This document shows positions 19,353 to 28,353 of a stretch of DNA of 64,000 bases, piece after piece; within the stretch, counting starts at the first letter, position 1; every line of letters starts with the position of its first letter. The stretch is from a virus (Duplodnaviria > Caudoviricetes). The translations under genes and the position numbers were made by a program. The notes under the pieces are model-generated. The model searched no databases and had not been told where the DNA came from. It worked only from the letters and a program-made list of their open reading frames with translations. The stretch spans positions 16,451-80,450 of the IMG/VR virus record IMGVR_UViG_2643221933_000001. The stretch is one strand, 5' to 3'.

Positions 19353-19615
19353 AACTCAGCTTCAACACCGGCCGGCTCTACACGACCCTCGGCCAGGTCA
19401 TCACCGTGCTCACCCTGCCGAAGGAGGAGATGACCATGTTCATGGACCACAGCCGCGGGATCGGCGGGATCATCAAGGGCATGCCTGACCCTGACGGTGG
19501 GCCCGAGCACGTCGCCCGCTGGGTGATGGGCTTCTATGACCACGGCAAGTACGCGGCCGATCAGGATGCCATGAACCTCGGTCGCCTCGACACGATCCAC
19601 AACGTGAGGATCTGA
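19349..19615 (+). CDS. Hypothetical protein
   Basis: ATGA overlap; FNTGRLYT..GQ and DHSRGI.G motifs. Confidence 0.6.
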   Translation: MKLSFNTGRLYTTLGQVITVLTLPKEEMTMFMDHSRGIGGIIKGMPDPDGGPEHVARWVMGFYDHGKYAADQDAMNLGRLDTIHNVRI

Positions 19616-19669
19616 TGGACAAGACCCTCGACCCTGACTTCGACGACGTCGATCTGGACCAGCTGCTGC

Positions 19670-19993
19670 GTGAATATCGCAAGTGACGGCTCGGTCTTCG
19701 GCACTCCGGACCCTGCCCTGATCGCCCAGACCCATGAGCGCCAGACGCTCTTCAACACCAAGATGATCGCGTACCGGATGAAGAACGGCCGGCCCGAGAT
19801 CAGCATCCACTTCCGGACCAAGACCCACATGCCGACCGTCTACATGACCGCCGGCATGTTCCCCGACCTCGTCAACATCGAGGTCATGACGCGGCACTTC
19901 GTGATCGTGTCCATCCCTTACCGCAGCGACGAAGACGTCGAGCGGATGCGCCGGCACTTCACTGATGTCTGGCAGATGACCCACTTCAACTAA
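19670..19993 (+). CDS. Hypothetical protein (start uncertain)
   Basis: Phage-like codon usage; preceded by a 23-aa ORF at 19615-19686. Confidence 0.5.
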   Translation: MNIASDGSVFGTPDPALIAQTHERQTLFNTKMIAYRMKNGRPEISIHFRTKTHMPTVYMTAGMFPDLVNIEVMTRHFVIVSIPYRSDEDVERMRRHFTDVWQMTHFN

Positions 19994-20008
19994 ATTAGAG
20001 GATGACCC

Positions 20009-21532
20009 ATGGTCGTTGCAACCGTCACCCAGACGGGCGGCTTCGTGCTGCCTGAAGGTATCATGCGTGTGTCCGACATCATGTCGTACACGGCGCCAGC
20101 CAAGGGGCTGGACGAATGTGAACCCACCGCGATCGAGTATCGCGTGTTCCACTTTCTCGTGCTGACGAGCGAGGGCCGGGTAATTGCCGACCGGACCCAT
20201 AACTTCGGGCTCAAGGAAGTTGAGGAGCTGAACGCTCCCTTCTGCCAGCACATCCATGTGTATCGCGACGGCGCCGACCCTTACGCCTTCTACCACACTG
20301 AGGTGGTCCGGTCGATCGAGCTGAACCCGTGGATGCACCACACCTGGTTCAAGGACAACTTCCTGCGCTGGGCCGAGATGCTCCCCCGCCCGTCCGACAC
20401 GATACCCGGGCGGATCTCCTACTATCAGACCCCGGAGAAGCGGGCCCGCGACATCCGGACCCCGATCAAGCCTGGCCGGTGGCTGACGAAATACTTCTCG
20501 GACATCCTGACCGAGGTCCAGATCCACGAGCTGGCGCTTGAGTGGTCGAATGCTTGCAATCTGCAAGCTTTCAAGTTGACGCAGGATGCTGACGAGATCG
20601 AGCGGATCTACCGGCACGGACCCAACTCGTGCATGACCTTCACGAACGGTGGCTACCGCGGCTCATGCCATCCGGCCCGCGTCTACGCCGGACCCGATCT
20701 CGGCGTGGCCTATTTGGGCGAGACCACCAAGGCAACGGCCCGGGCCGTCGTCTGGCCCGCAAAGAAGCTCTTCGGCCGCATCTACGGTGATGAGTCCAGA
20801 CTACAGGCGGCGCTCATCGCCGGCGGCTACCAACATGCATCCACCGACGACTTCGATGGAGCCCGCTTGCAGCGCATCCGCCACGGTTATGGCGATTATG
20901 TGTTGCCGTACCTCGACGTCACCTGCGGAGCCGACGATGATGGCCAATACATCGTGTTGGGCAGCGGTCACCTGAACTGCGAGTCCACGTCCGGAACCAC
21001 GGACAACGAGCCCGAGTACAGCTGTGACTCCTGCGGCGACGGCATGGACGACGACGATCGGAACTACATCGGCTCGACCGAAGAAGACGTCTGCAATCAC
21101 TGCTGCAGCCTTCATTACTCGTTCTGCGATGGTAATCAGGAGTATTACCGCAATCGAGAGATGCGCGAGACTGCGGACGGCACGTCCTATTCGAAGGAAT
21201 ATCTGCAGGAGTCCAGTAAGTTCTTCTTCTGCGAGGCTACCGACAAGTATTACTCATATGAGGATGATGAGCGCGTATCCCTCTATGAGGGTCTCGACGT
21301 TGCTCGCAGCTACCTCGACAGCCAGGATGGCTTCTTCTGCGAGCACTATGAGGAATGGAGCCTCGAGACGGACAAGGAGGTCAAGCTGACCAACGGCAAG
21401 TCCGTCCACATGGGCACTTTCCGCGGCGAGGACGACTTCAAGAAATACCTCGCTGAAAACGAGGTGTCCGTCCTCGACCCCGTCGACCCCAACCAACTCA
21501 CCCTCCCCCTCCCCCTCTCCGAGGCTGCATAA
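20009..21532 (+). CDS. Conserved phage protein with C-terminal zinc-ribbon repeats
   Basis: KPGR, SCM, HP.RVY, ARAVVW, RIYGD and PYLD motifs; multiple CxxC. Confidence 0.75.
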   Translation: MVVATVTQTGGFVLPEGIMRVSDIMSYTAPAKGLDECEPTAIEYRVFHFLVLTSEGRVIADRTHNFGLKEVEELNAPFCQHIHVYRDGADPYAFYHTEVVRSIELNPWMHHTWFKDNFLRWAEMLPRPSDTIPGRISYYQTPEKRARDIRTPIKPGRWLTKYFSDILTEVQIHELALEWSNACNLQAFKLTQDADEIERIYRHGPNSCMTFTNGGYRGSCHPARVYAGPDLGVAYLGETTKATARAVVWPAKKLFGRIYGDESRLQAALIAGGYQHASTDDFDGARLQRIRHGYGDYVLPYLDVTCGADDDGQYIVLGSGHLNCESTSGTTDNEPEYSCDSCGDGMDDDDRNYIGSTEEDVCNHCCSLHYSFCDGNQEYYRNREMRETADGTSYSKEYLQESSKFFFCEATDKYYSYEDDERVSLYEGLDVARSYLDSQDGFFCEHYEEWSLETDKEVKLTNGKSVHMGTFRGEDDFKKYLAENEVSVLDPVDPNQLTLPLPLSEAA

Positions 21533-22428
21533 TGACCCAGAAGTTCATCTCCGAAATCATGGACCTGTTCTCCTACTGCCGCCCGATGGGCAGCGACACG
21601 GAGCGCGAGTTCGTCAACAAGTTCCTCCTGCCGCGGGGGTTCGAACAAGACCGCTACGGCAACATGGTGCTGACGATCGGCAACAACCCGCGGATCCTCT
21701 TCTCCAGCCACATGGACACCGTCCACAAGCAGGAAGGGCGACAGGTCGTCCAGCTGAAGGATGGCATCCTCACCCAGACGAGCGGCAGCAGCTGCCTGGG
21801 CGCCGATGACACAGCCGGCATCTGGCTGATGCTCCAGATGGTCGCCGCCGGGATCGAGGGCGTCTACGTCATCCACTACGGCGAGGAGTGCGGCGGCGTG
21901 GGATCGGGCGATCTCGCTCGGAAGAACCCCGAGTTCTTCAAGGCCATCGACATCGCGATCGCCTTCGACCGCGCCGGCTATGCCGACATCATCACCCACC
22001 AGATGGGTGGCCGGACAGCTTCGACCGCCTTCGCAACGTCTCTCGCGAAAGAGCTGGGTGGCAGTTACAAGCCCTGCGCCAACGGCATCTACACCGACAC
22101 GGCTGAATACGCCCACCTGGTGGCCGAATGCACCAACATCTCGGTCGGCTATGCCCGCGCCCATGGACCGGAGGAGCAGCAGGACGTCACCTTCCTGATC
22201 GCTCTACGGGAAGCTCTCCTCCAGGTGGACTGGAGCAAGCTGGTTGTCGAGCGGACCCCACACGCCAAGCAGTCGTCGAACCACCGCGAACGCCGCCCCC
22301 AGGCTCTCGGGGATCTCTGCTGGGATTATCCGGAGATCGCAGCGGCAATTCTCGAAGCGTTCGGCGTGTCGGCTCAGGACTTCGCTGAGGAAGTGGAAAG
22401 CCAACATGGCATACGCATCGCAGCTTAG
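21532..22428 (+). CDS. M28/M20-family zinc peptidase
   Basis: HMDTV, LGADD.AG, GEE.G..GS, FDR, YTD, N.SVGY..AH. Confidence 0.85.
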   Translation: MTQKFISEIMDLFSYCRPMGSDTEREFVNKFLLPRGFEQDRYGNMVLTIGNNPRILFSSHMDTVHKQEGRQVVQLKDGILTQTSGSSCLGADDTAGIWLMLQMVAAGIEGVYVIHYGEECGGVGSGDLARKNPEFFKAIDIAIAFDRAGYADIITHQMGGRTASTAFATSLAKELGGSYKPCANGIYTDTAEYAHLVAECTNISVGYARAHGPEEQQDVTFLIALREALLQVDWSKLVVERTPHAKQSSNHRERRPQALGDLCWDYPEIAAAILEAFGVSAQDFAEEVESQHGIRIAA

Positions 22429-23056
22429 CGTCAACAAGCACGGCGTCATCAAGATCGGCGCCACCGTCACTCGTGAGGAGGATCTCGATCCCCTCACCTC
22501 CGTCAAGGTCTGGTCCGTGACCGACCTGCAATTCAACTTTTGGCAGCACACCATCTGGCTTGTGGGCGACCTCATTCACGTCCTGCGAGCCGAGGGCAAC
22601 CAAACCCGACACCACTGGTCCGAAAGGGCTTTACTTGAAGGATACTGCGCGATGAACGCAAAGAACCTGATGCAGCTTGCTGATTACTTGAAGGGTGTCG
22701 AGCCTGCTGCATTCGACATGAGTTGGTACACCCGGGATGAGCACGGCGATCGGCTTGAGCTCGGAGCGCATGAGTGCGGCACGGTAGCTTGCGCCGCCGG
22801 CTACGGACCCGCCGCTGGTATCGAAGTGCTCCCGGAAGACAAGTTCTGGGGGGACTACGTCCGCAGGGCCTTCGCGATCCAAGCATATGACCCGGCCTTC
22901 GAATGGTGCTTCAGCGCAGCATGGTGCCTCGTCGACAACACACCGGCCGGCGCCGCCAAGCGCATCGAGCACATGCTCGAGCATGGCATCCCCGAAAACT
23001 GGAAGGCGCAGATGTACGGCTGGGAGCCCTACCTTTTTGCAATGGAGACAGCATGA
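22406..23056 (+). CDS. Hypothetical protein (possible internal start at 22652)
   Basis: FDMS.Y and CGTVAC..G motifs in the 3' part; SD before 22652. Confidence 0.6.
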   Translation: MAYASQLSVNKHGVIKIGATVTREEDLDPLTSVKVWSVTDLQFNFWQHTIWLVGDLIHVLRAEGNQTRHHWSERALLEGYCAMNAKNLMQLADYLKGVEPAAFDMSWYTRDEHGDRLELGAHECGTVACAAGYGPAAGIEVLPEDKFWGDYVRRAFAIQAYDPAFEWCFSAAWCLVDNTPAGAAKRIEHMLEHGIPENWKAQMYGWEPYLFAMETA

Positions 23057-23265
23057 CCGACAAATTCGTCATCCTCAGTCGCGACGGCTGCGAATACTGC
23101 GAGGCCGCTCAGGCGCTGCTGCCTAACGCCGTGATCCTGAAGGACGAGACGGCCCGCACCATCGTCAAGGAGGGCGGCTTCGGCACCTTCCCCCAGATCT
23201 TCCACAGGGGAAAGCACATTGGCGGCTTCAACGAGCTCCTCGAATACCGGCCTGACGCATCCTAA
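23053..23265 (+). CDS. Glutaredoxin
   Basis: CEYC, TFPQIF, HIGGF. Confidence 0.85.
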   Translation: MTDKFVILSRDGCEYCEAAQALLPNAVILKDETARTIVKEGGFGTFPQIFHRGKHIGGFNELLEYRPDAS

Positions 23266-23311
23266 TGCGTCACCACTGACGCACGTCAACGCACGTTAAG
23301 GGGAGAGCGTC

Positions 23312-23512
23312 ATGTATCGATATCGTGTCGATGCCTTCCGTTCGGACAGGACCAAGGTCGTTCGCGAGGAAGAAATTAGCGGAGTTCAACTCTACCACCA
23401 TACCGGCAGAGTAGGTCACACAGCGTTCCTAGAGCTGGTAAACAGCTGGAACCGCAATGGTTTGAGGGGAGTGCCCAACGGGGGCCCGATCTACGTCTAC
23501 ACGGCATTATGA
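23312..23512 (+). CDS. Small hypothetical protein between direct repeats
   Basis: GGGGAG SD; lower GC. Confidence 0.6.
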   Translation: MYRYRVDAFRSDRTKVVREEEISGVQLYHHTGRVGHTAFLELVNSWNRNGLRGVPNGGPIYVYTAL

Positions 23513-23621
23513 TGCGTCAACATTGACGCACGTCAACGCACGTTAGTTGTGCCGCAGCAGGATGCGTGTTAACGCTTCGGAAAGCACCCTGATGCATCCT
23601 GCTGCGTCAAAGGAGACCATC

Positions 23622-24296
23622 ATGCCTGTAATCGCTGTTGCAAACCCGAAGGGCGGGGCCGGGAAGTCGACAACGACCCTCGTCCTCGCAACCACCTTGG
23701 CCAACCAAGGTGCAAGCGTCACAATCCTAGACTGCGATCGCAATCAGCCAATCGCCGGCTGGAGGGGAGGGGGGTCGAAGAACCCTGTGCTCGTTGACAG
23801 TGCGGTGGATGAGGAGAGCTTCCGTGAGAAGCTGGAGCATCACCGGCGCGAGCGGCAGTTCGTTTTCGTCGACCTTGAGGGAACGGCGAGCCGATTGATG
23901 TCGCGAGCGCTCTTCCGTGCCCACCTTGTGATCATTCCGATCCAGGCCAGCCCGACCGACGCTGAGCTGGCAGCGAAAGCCATCCACCTGATCCATGACG
24001 AGGGCCAGTCCTTCGACAAGGAGATCCCATACCGGGTGCTGTTCACTCGGACCTCGCCGGCAATCGCGACGAAGCTCGAGCGAGCGATCCTTGCGCAGCT
24101 GAAGAGCGGCGATGTCCCGCAGTTCCGAAACCACCTCAATGAGCGGGCAGCTTTCAAAAGCATGTTCTACCATCAGCTCGATCTCCATGAGCTTGACCCG
24201 GCTGAGGTGAACGGCCTTCCGCAGGCGAAAGAGAACGCTCTGCGGTTGACGGAGGAGCTCATCGAGCTTGTGATCCCGAAGGAGAAAGCAGCATGA
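23622..24296 (+). CDS. parA: ParA-family partition ATPase (type Ib)
   Basis: [10 protein letters not shown] deviant Walker A, LDCD, FVDLEG; no N-terminal HTH. Confidence 0.9.
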   Translation: MPVIAVANPKGGAGKSTTTLVLATTLANQGASVTILDCDRNQPIAGWRGGGSKNPVLVDSAVDEESFREKLEHHRRERQFVFVDLEGTASRLMSRALFRAHLVIIPIQASPTDAELAAKAIHLIHDEGQSFDKEIPYRVLFTRTSPAIATKLERAILAQLKSGDVPQFRNHLNERAAFKSMFYHQLDLHELDPAEVNGLPQAKENALRLTEELIELVIPKEKAA

Positions 24297-24583
24297 ACGG
24301 CAAGAACCTGGGCTTCGGCCGGCTGGCCGAGATCAAACCGGACATCGAGCCGGATGAGGAGAGGGTGCCCGATCACAAGATCGACGAGGTCGCGGCTCGC
24401 CACGGCTTCGTGTCCCGCGAGCCGGTCCAGAAGCTTTCTCGGCGCAAGGAAACAGAGCCCTCAGCCAACCTAAACATCCGCCCACCTATTTCAACTTATA
24501 ATCGCTTTGTTCAATTTGCCATGGACAACCGATTGTCGTATCCCGAGGCACTGAAAGAGTTGATGGATAGAGCAAAGCTCTGA
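24293..24583 (+). CDS. Small ParA partner, probable ribbon-helix-helix centromere-binding protein
   Basis: ATGA-coupled to parA; C-terminal NLNIR beta strand plus two helices. Confidence 0.65.
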   Translation: MNGKNLGFGRLAEIKPDIEPDEERVPDHKIDEVAARHGFVSREPVQKLSRRKETEPSANLNIRPPISTYNRFVQFAMDNRLSYPEALKELMDRAKL

Positions 24584-24629
24584 TGCGTCAACGTTGACGT
24601 GCGTCAACGCGATTTGGAAGGACGACCTT

Positions 24630-24848
24630 GTGACCGACTACGACCGAGACCAGTTGAACGAAGTTCTTAATCTCATTCACAACATCGCTGCTAGCGTAGG
24701 AGCGGAAGAAGAAACACCTGATCTTGTTCGCCATGCTCTCAGCGACATCGTTAGCCTATCTCGCTATAAACGAATGGTTCTCTCAGATGTTCGCCTGAAG
24801 GAATATGGTATCGAGAGTGGTGACGTCGGCGGCGGACCGGAAGCTTAA
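24630..24848 (+). CDS. Hypothetical protein, lower GC
   Basis: AAGGA SD before the GTG. Confidence 0.5.
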   Translation: MTDYDRDQLNEVLNLIHNIAASVGAEEETPDLVRHALSDIVSLSRYKRMVLSDVRLKEYGIESGDVGGGPEA

Positions 24849-24878
24849 TTAGTCGGCTTGGTCAGTAATGGTGCGTAG

Positions 24879-25544
24879 ATGATCGATCCTGAAACCAATC
24901 ATGGGATTGACCCTCCGACCAAATCAAAGTTCGACACTGATTTAGAGGAGTTGGAAGTCGAACTGAAAGAAGCTCTCAAAGTAGCAAAAAAGACTCAGAG
25001 CAGCATAGTTTATGCGGAACTAGCGAAGCGCTCTGATGACATATTGAAGATAAAAGATAAGCATAAAATGTTTACGGAACTCAATGACTTTTTGAATTAC
25101 GTTGATGGACGCGAACTCGAGAATAATATAATTTTTGGAGTGACGCTTTTTACCGTATTCGCTGTTACCCCATTTTTTATGATGGATGCGAGCGATCCTA
25201 ATTCAGCCGCTGCCAAGTTAATTGCTTCCATCAAATTCAACGACCCATGGAAATTTTTCGAGGGTAATCCCCTCTATCTCACTGTCATTGGTTTCTTAAT
25301 TGGGCTGTTACTTTTCTATTTCCGCGGACATAAACCGAAATTGTACGGTGTGGCCGAAATTGGTGTCGGGATTGCTACCGTTGCTAATGCTGCGGTCTCT
25401 ATGAATGAAGAAAATGGCACGTTCTTGCAGTTTCTTGCGGGTGTTTATGTAATCATCCGAGGCCTCGATAATTTCGCAAAAAACCTCGATACCGACCGGA
25501 GGATGGGCAGATTGTTTAGTCAAGTCTTCAGGAACCCAAGGTAG
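24879..25544 (+). CDS. Low-GC multi-pass membrane protein (moron)
   Basis: About 4 hydrophobic helices after an N-terminal coiled coil. Confidence 0.7.
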   Translation: MIDPETNHGIDPPTKSKFDTDLEELEVELKEALKVAKKTQSSIVYAELAKRSDDILKIKDKHKMFTELNDFLNYVDGRELENNIIFGVTLFTVFAVTPFFMMDASDPNSAAAKLIASIKFNDPWKFFEGNPLYLTVIGFLIGLLLFYFRGHKPKLYGVAEIGVGIATVANAAVSMNEENGTFLQFLAGVYVIIRGLDNFAKNLDTDRRMGRLFSQVFRNPR

Positions 25545-25823
25545 CTATACAGCAACGCTTTTTTGCAGCATCCGGTCCCAGTAGTCCTCGACCTGCTGAG
25601 CGGCTAGCGCCGAGGTGGGTAGCCAACCGGAGTTGGGCATGACCACGGTGCGGTAGCCAATCGGATACCCGCCGGCCCAACGCCACTGGTCTTTCCGCAA
25701 GGTCTGCTGATCGAGATAGATGCGCCCGATATTGTGCTCGCCGTCGAACGCGACATAGTCCTCGACAGGTTTACCCTGCCGGTCCCGATCGTCGGGCCAG
25801 GTTCGTGCCCAACGATACTTCAT
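25545..25823 (-). CDS. Hypothetical protein, second gene of the LexA-boxed unit
   Basis: Y.W.RTW, IGRIY and W.W motifs; ATGA overlap. Confidence 0.65.
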   Translation of the reverse strand: MKYRWARTWPDDRDRQGKPVEDYVAFDGEHNIGRIYLDQQTLRKDQWRWAGGYPIGYRTVVMPNSGWLPTSALAAQQVEDYWDRMLQKSVAV

Positions 25824-26107
25824 CGGGGCAGCTGGCCGAGGATCCACTTGTTACCGGCACGATTACCGCAAGCGATGCAGCGCATCCGAGAGGCGAGGGA
25901 ACCGCGATAGGTATTGTTGCCCCACTTGCGGGCTACATCCCAGCGGACAAGCCACGCTTCCCGCTCGCACTTCGAACAGTGGCCACCAAGTGTGTGCCAC
26001 TCAGGAATGTCGGCAAAGGTTGTCCGGTCAGGGTCCAACAATGGTCCCAGATATTTGATCTGGTCCCCGGCCGCTCGGCCGAGGTCTATGCCGCGCCGGT
26101 GTTTCAT
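25820..26107 (-). CDS. Zinc-binding hypothetical protein, SOS-boxed
   Basis: CSKC...CIACG; LexA box abuts the ATG. Confidence 0.65.
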   Translation of the reverse strand: MKHRRGIDLGRAAGDQIKYLGPLLDPDRTTFADIPEWHTLGGHCSKCEREAWLVRWDVARKWGNNTYRGSLASRMRCIACGNRAGNKWILGQLPR

Positions 26108-26108
26108 C

Positions 26109-26142
26109 GTTCTCTTTTCGTTCACGTTCGGGGCGGAGTCAA
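26109..26142 (-). promoter_or_regulatory. Alphaproteobacterial LexA box within a TTGACT promoter
   Basis: GTTC-TCTTTTC-GTTC at 26109-26123; TTGACT at 26142-26137. Confidence 0.75.
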
Positions 26143-26203
26143 GACCTGGGCGCGGAACAATCATCAGCGGGTCATGTTCCTTCGCACCAACAGGGAGAAA
26201 GAC

Positions 26204-26458
26204 ATGACCAACGGACCAAGCAGCGGCATCAATGAAGCCGACCGGGCACTCGAATGCCAAGAGAAACTCGACGAGCCCGTCATGCGCCTTATCGATGACG
26301 CAGTGCTGGCCGGCTGGAGCACACCCGAGGTGTTCGATGCCTTGGAAGAGGTGATCCGGAACCGGCGCCTGTCTTACGCAGAAGATCCCGATCCAGCGGA
26401 CGCTCCATCGGAGATTTCGATGGTGTCCGACCTCGACGGCGCCACAGCGAACCTTTAA
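26204..26458 (+). CDS. Small acidic hypothetical protein
   Basis: GGAG SD; DR.LECQ and AGWS motifs. Confidence 0.6.
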   Translation: MTNGPSSGINEADRALECQEKLDEPVMRLIDDAVLAGWSTPEVFDALEEVIRNRRLSYAEDPDPADAPSEISMVSDLDGATANL

Positions 26459-26710
26459 AAACCACGACTTCACAGCGAAAGCAGACGCGCACTGCCAGGC
26501 GCATCGGGGAGGATTGGCCACCCCGACCAGGCGAAGGCCTCGCTGTTGAACTGGAGTTGACGCTATGTGGTTCATACCCATCAGCATCACTCTTAAGATA
26601 CGAAAAACCCGCACAGGCTGGCAGGCTAGTGTGCGGGTTCAATTCGTAACATAAGAGCGGGGAGGGGGCGTGAGCCTCCTCCTTGCTCCAGCAATATAAT
26701 CCTTCCCCCA

Positions 26711-26736
26711 AGCCCTGGCAACCGCCGGGGCTTTTT
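26711..26736 (+). terminator. Intrinsic terminator
   Basis: AGCCCTGGC-AACC-GCCGGGGCT followed by a T tract. Confidence 0.65.
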
Positions 26737-26751
26737 GTTTTGGAGCACAGC

Positions 26752-27180
26752 ATGCTGACCCACAACCAAGCGAGAGTGATCGCTGAAGCGGTCTGGGGCA
26801 GGGGAGGGACGCACTCCGAGCCGGTTAACCGGCCGGGAGCGTTCTACTTCTCCTGCTCTGGCCATGGTGGCTTCGTCATCGACCAGCGAGCCCTGAAGGA
26901 CGAGGAGCTCCTCGCGATCAGCCCGCATGTCAACTTCGAAGACGCTAGGATCTACAGCTGGGGCAAGCGCAAGACGCTCATGCACCCCTACCGGACCACC
27001 GGCGCCCGCGTGTCAGCAATGGCCCGCGAGGAGGACTTCAAGTTCTTCCTCCTGGAAGAGGATTGCGACTGGTGCCTCGCGTACATCTTCACCGGCATCC
27101 GCCACAGATACAAACCCGCCAAAGAGGAGGCTGCTCAGCAGACCTTCGACCAGTGGATCAAACCAAGGATGACAGCATGA
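26752..27180 (+). CDS. DUF7007-like protein
   Basis: HGGF and EEDCDW motifs. Confidence 0.6.
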   Translation: MLTHNQARVIAEAVWGRGGTHSEPVNRPGAFYFSCSGHGGFVIDQRALKDEELLAISPHVNFEDARIYSWGKRKTLMHPYRTTGARVSAMAREEDFKFFLLEEDCDWCLAYIFTGIRHRYKPAKEEAAQQTFDQWIKPRMTA

Positions 27181-27446
27181 GCTTCCAGATGAAGATCGAC
27201 GAGATGCTCGACGCTCTCTGCAACATGGGCCACCACGAGGCAGCAGCGCTGACCACCCTCGTCGAAACGACAGCCAACACCCTGTCGGCCGCGCTCTGCA
27301 AGAGCCTCCTTATCGAGTGCGACCCGGCGTCCTTCCAGGGTGCGGCATTCGCCGGAACCTGCGTTCCGTTCTACCCGGCACTCGAGGGGCAGGAGCTGCC
27401 CCCCGAGATTGCGCCGTACGATGACAAGGAGGAATGGGGTGAGTAA
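27177..27446 (+). CDS. Hypothetical protein
   Basis: ATGA coupling. Confidence 0.6.
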   Translation: MSFQMKIDEMLDALCNMGHHEAAALTTLVETTANTLSAALCKSLLIECDPASFQGAAFAGTCVPFYPALEGQELPPEIAPYDDKEEWGE

Positions 27447-27705
27447 GATCTTCCGAACCGACATCCAGATCTGGGCCACCGCCTATGTCCGCGCCGAGAC
27501 CGAAGAAGAAGCGCTCGTCAAGCTGCGTGAGCTCGGCAACCGCGGCATTGAGGTGGCAGATACCGACTGGTCCACACCGGACGACGACGTCGAAACGCAC
27601 ATCAGCGGCCGACATTACAGCGACCCGGATCTCCCGGAGCTCAGCCTCTCGCCGTTTATGACGATCGCGCCGGTCACCGCCGACGCGATGGATGGTGTCG
27701 AATGA
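27439..27705 (+). CDS. Hypothetical protein
   Basis: GGAGG SD; V.AETEEEA motif. Confidence 0.6.
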   Translation: MSKIFRTDIQIWATAYVRAETEEEALVKLRELGNRGIEVADTDWSTPDDDVETHISGRHYSDPDLPELSLSPFMTIAPVTADAMDGVE

Positions 27706-27941
27706 CCTGTCCGAAGTGCGACGACACAGGCCTTGCTGACAGCGGGGGCGTCTACCCCTGGGGTGAACCGATCACGATCCCCTGCGATTGCCGAGAGCCT
27801 GAACCAAAGTGCGAAGCCTGCAACGGCTCAGGCTGCGAGCAGGTCTACATGGGCCACGGCAACATCGACGTGATCGATTGCAGCGTCTGCGAGGGGACGG
27901 GAGGCGTAACTGATCAGGCCACGTACCGCATCGGGTTCTGA
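27702..27941 (+). CDS. Small DnaJ-like zinc-finger protein
   Basis: CxxCxxxG repeats. Confidence 0.6.
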   Translation: MTCPKCDDTGLADSGGVYPWGEPITIPCDCREPEPKCEACNGSGCEQVYMGHGNIDVIDCSVCEGTGGVTDQATYRIGF

Positions 27942-28252
27942 ACGTCGAACCTGTCGCAAGCCACGCCGATCTCCGCGATCAGATCGGCCGAAGGAGGGGC
28001 GCACATATAGCCACCTTCACCGGTGGCGCCCATGAGCGGAATGATCGCGAACTTCATACCCCCGCCGATACCGTCTCCAAGCTGGAGCTTGGCCGCGTTC
28101 TCTACCGGCTTCAGCAGGTTCAGGTCGATGACCTCGAACTCGTAGCCCGGGAACACGACGCTCAGGTGGTATTCGAGATAAGCGGCTTTTGCCACGACCT
28201 CATCGTTCAGCTCCCCGGGGGGCATGATCATAAACAGGGTCACGGGCTTCAT
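27914..28252 (-). CDS. Hypothetical protein, SOS-boxed
   Basis: AGGAG SD; LexA box upstream. Confidence 0.65.
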   Translation of the reverse strand: MKPVTLFMIMPPGELNDEVVAKAAYLEYHLSVVFPGYEFEVIDLNLLKPVENAAKLQLGDGIGGGMKFAIIPLMGATGEGGYMCAPPSADLIAEIGVACDRFDVQNPMRYVA

Positions 28253-28276
28253 CTCGACGTTCTCCTTTGCCTCTTT

Positions 28277-28310
28277 GTTCTCATTTTGTTCTCATTCCGA
28301 TGAGAGTCAA
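28277..28310 (-). promoter_or_regulatory. Alphaproteobacterial LexA box within a TTGACT promoter
   Basis: GTTC-TCATTTT-GTTC at 28277-28291; TTGACT at 28310-28305. Confidence 0.8.
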
Positions 28311-28353
28311 TCCCCTAAGAATGGTTTCCTACGATAGGAAAAAAGAGATCCAC

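Larger units (their letters stand above)
23253..24611. repeat. Palindromic repeat family ATGCGTCA-N4-TGACG (candidate parS-like sites)
   Basis: Copies at 23265-23298, 23512-23545 (32/34 identical) and 24583-24610; extra half-sites near 23253 and 23603. Confidence 0.85.

Noticed and set aside
19615-19700. Programmed frameshift joining the 23-aa ORF to 19670-19993
   Set aside because: No slippery sequence; cannot distinguish from two genes or an indel
23253-24611. CRISPR array
   Set aside because: Only three copies separated by whole genes, no regular spacers, no cas genes
26628-26650. GGGTTCAATTC resembles a tRNA T-loop
   Set aside because: No complementary T-stem or cloverleaf; it is the 3' arm of a simple hairpin
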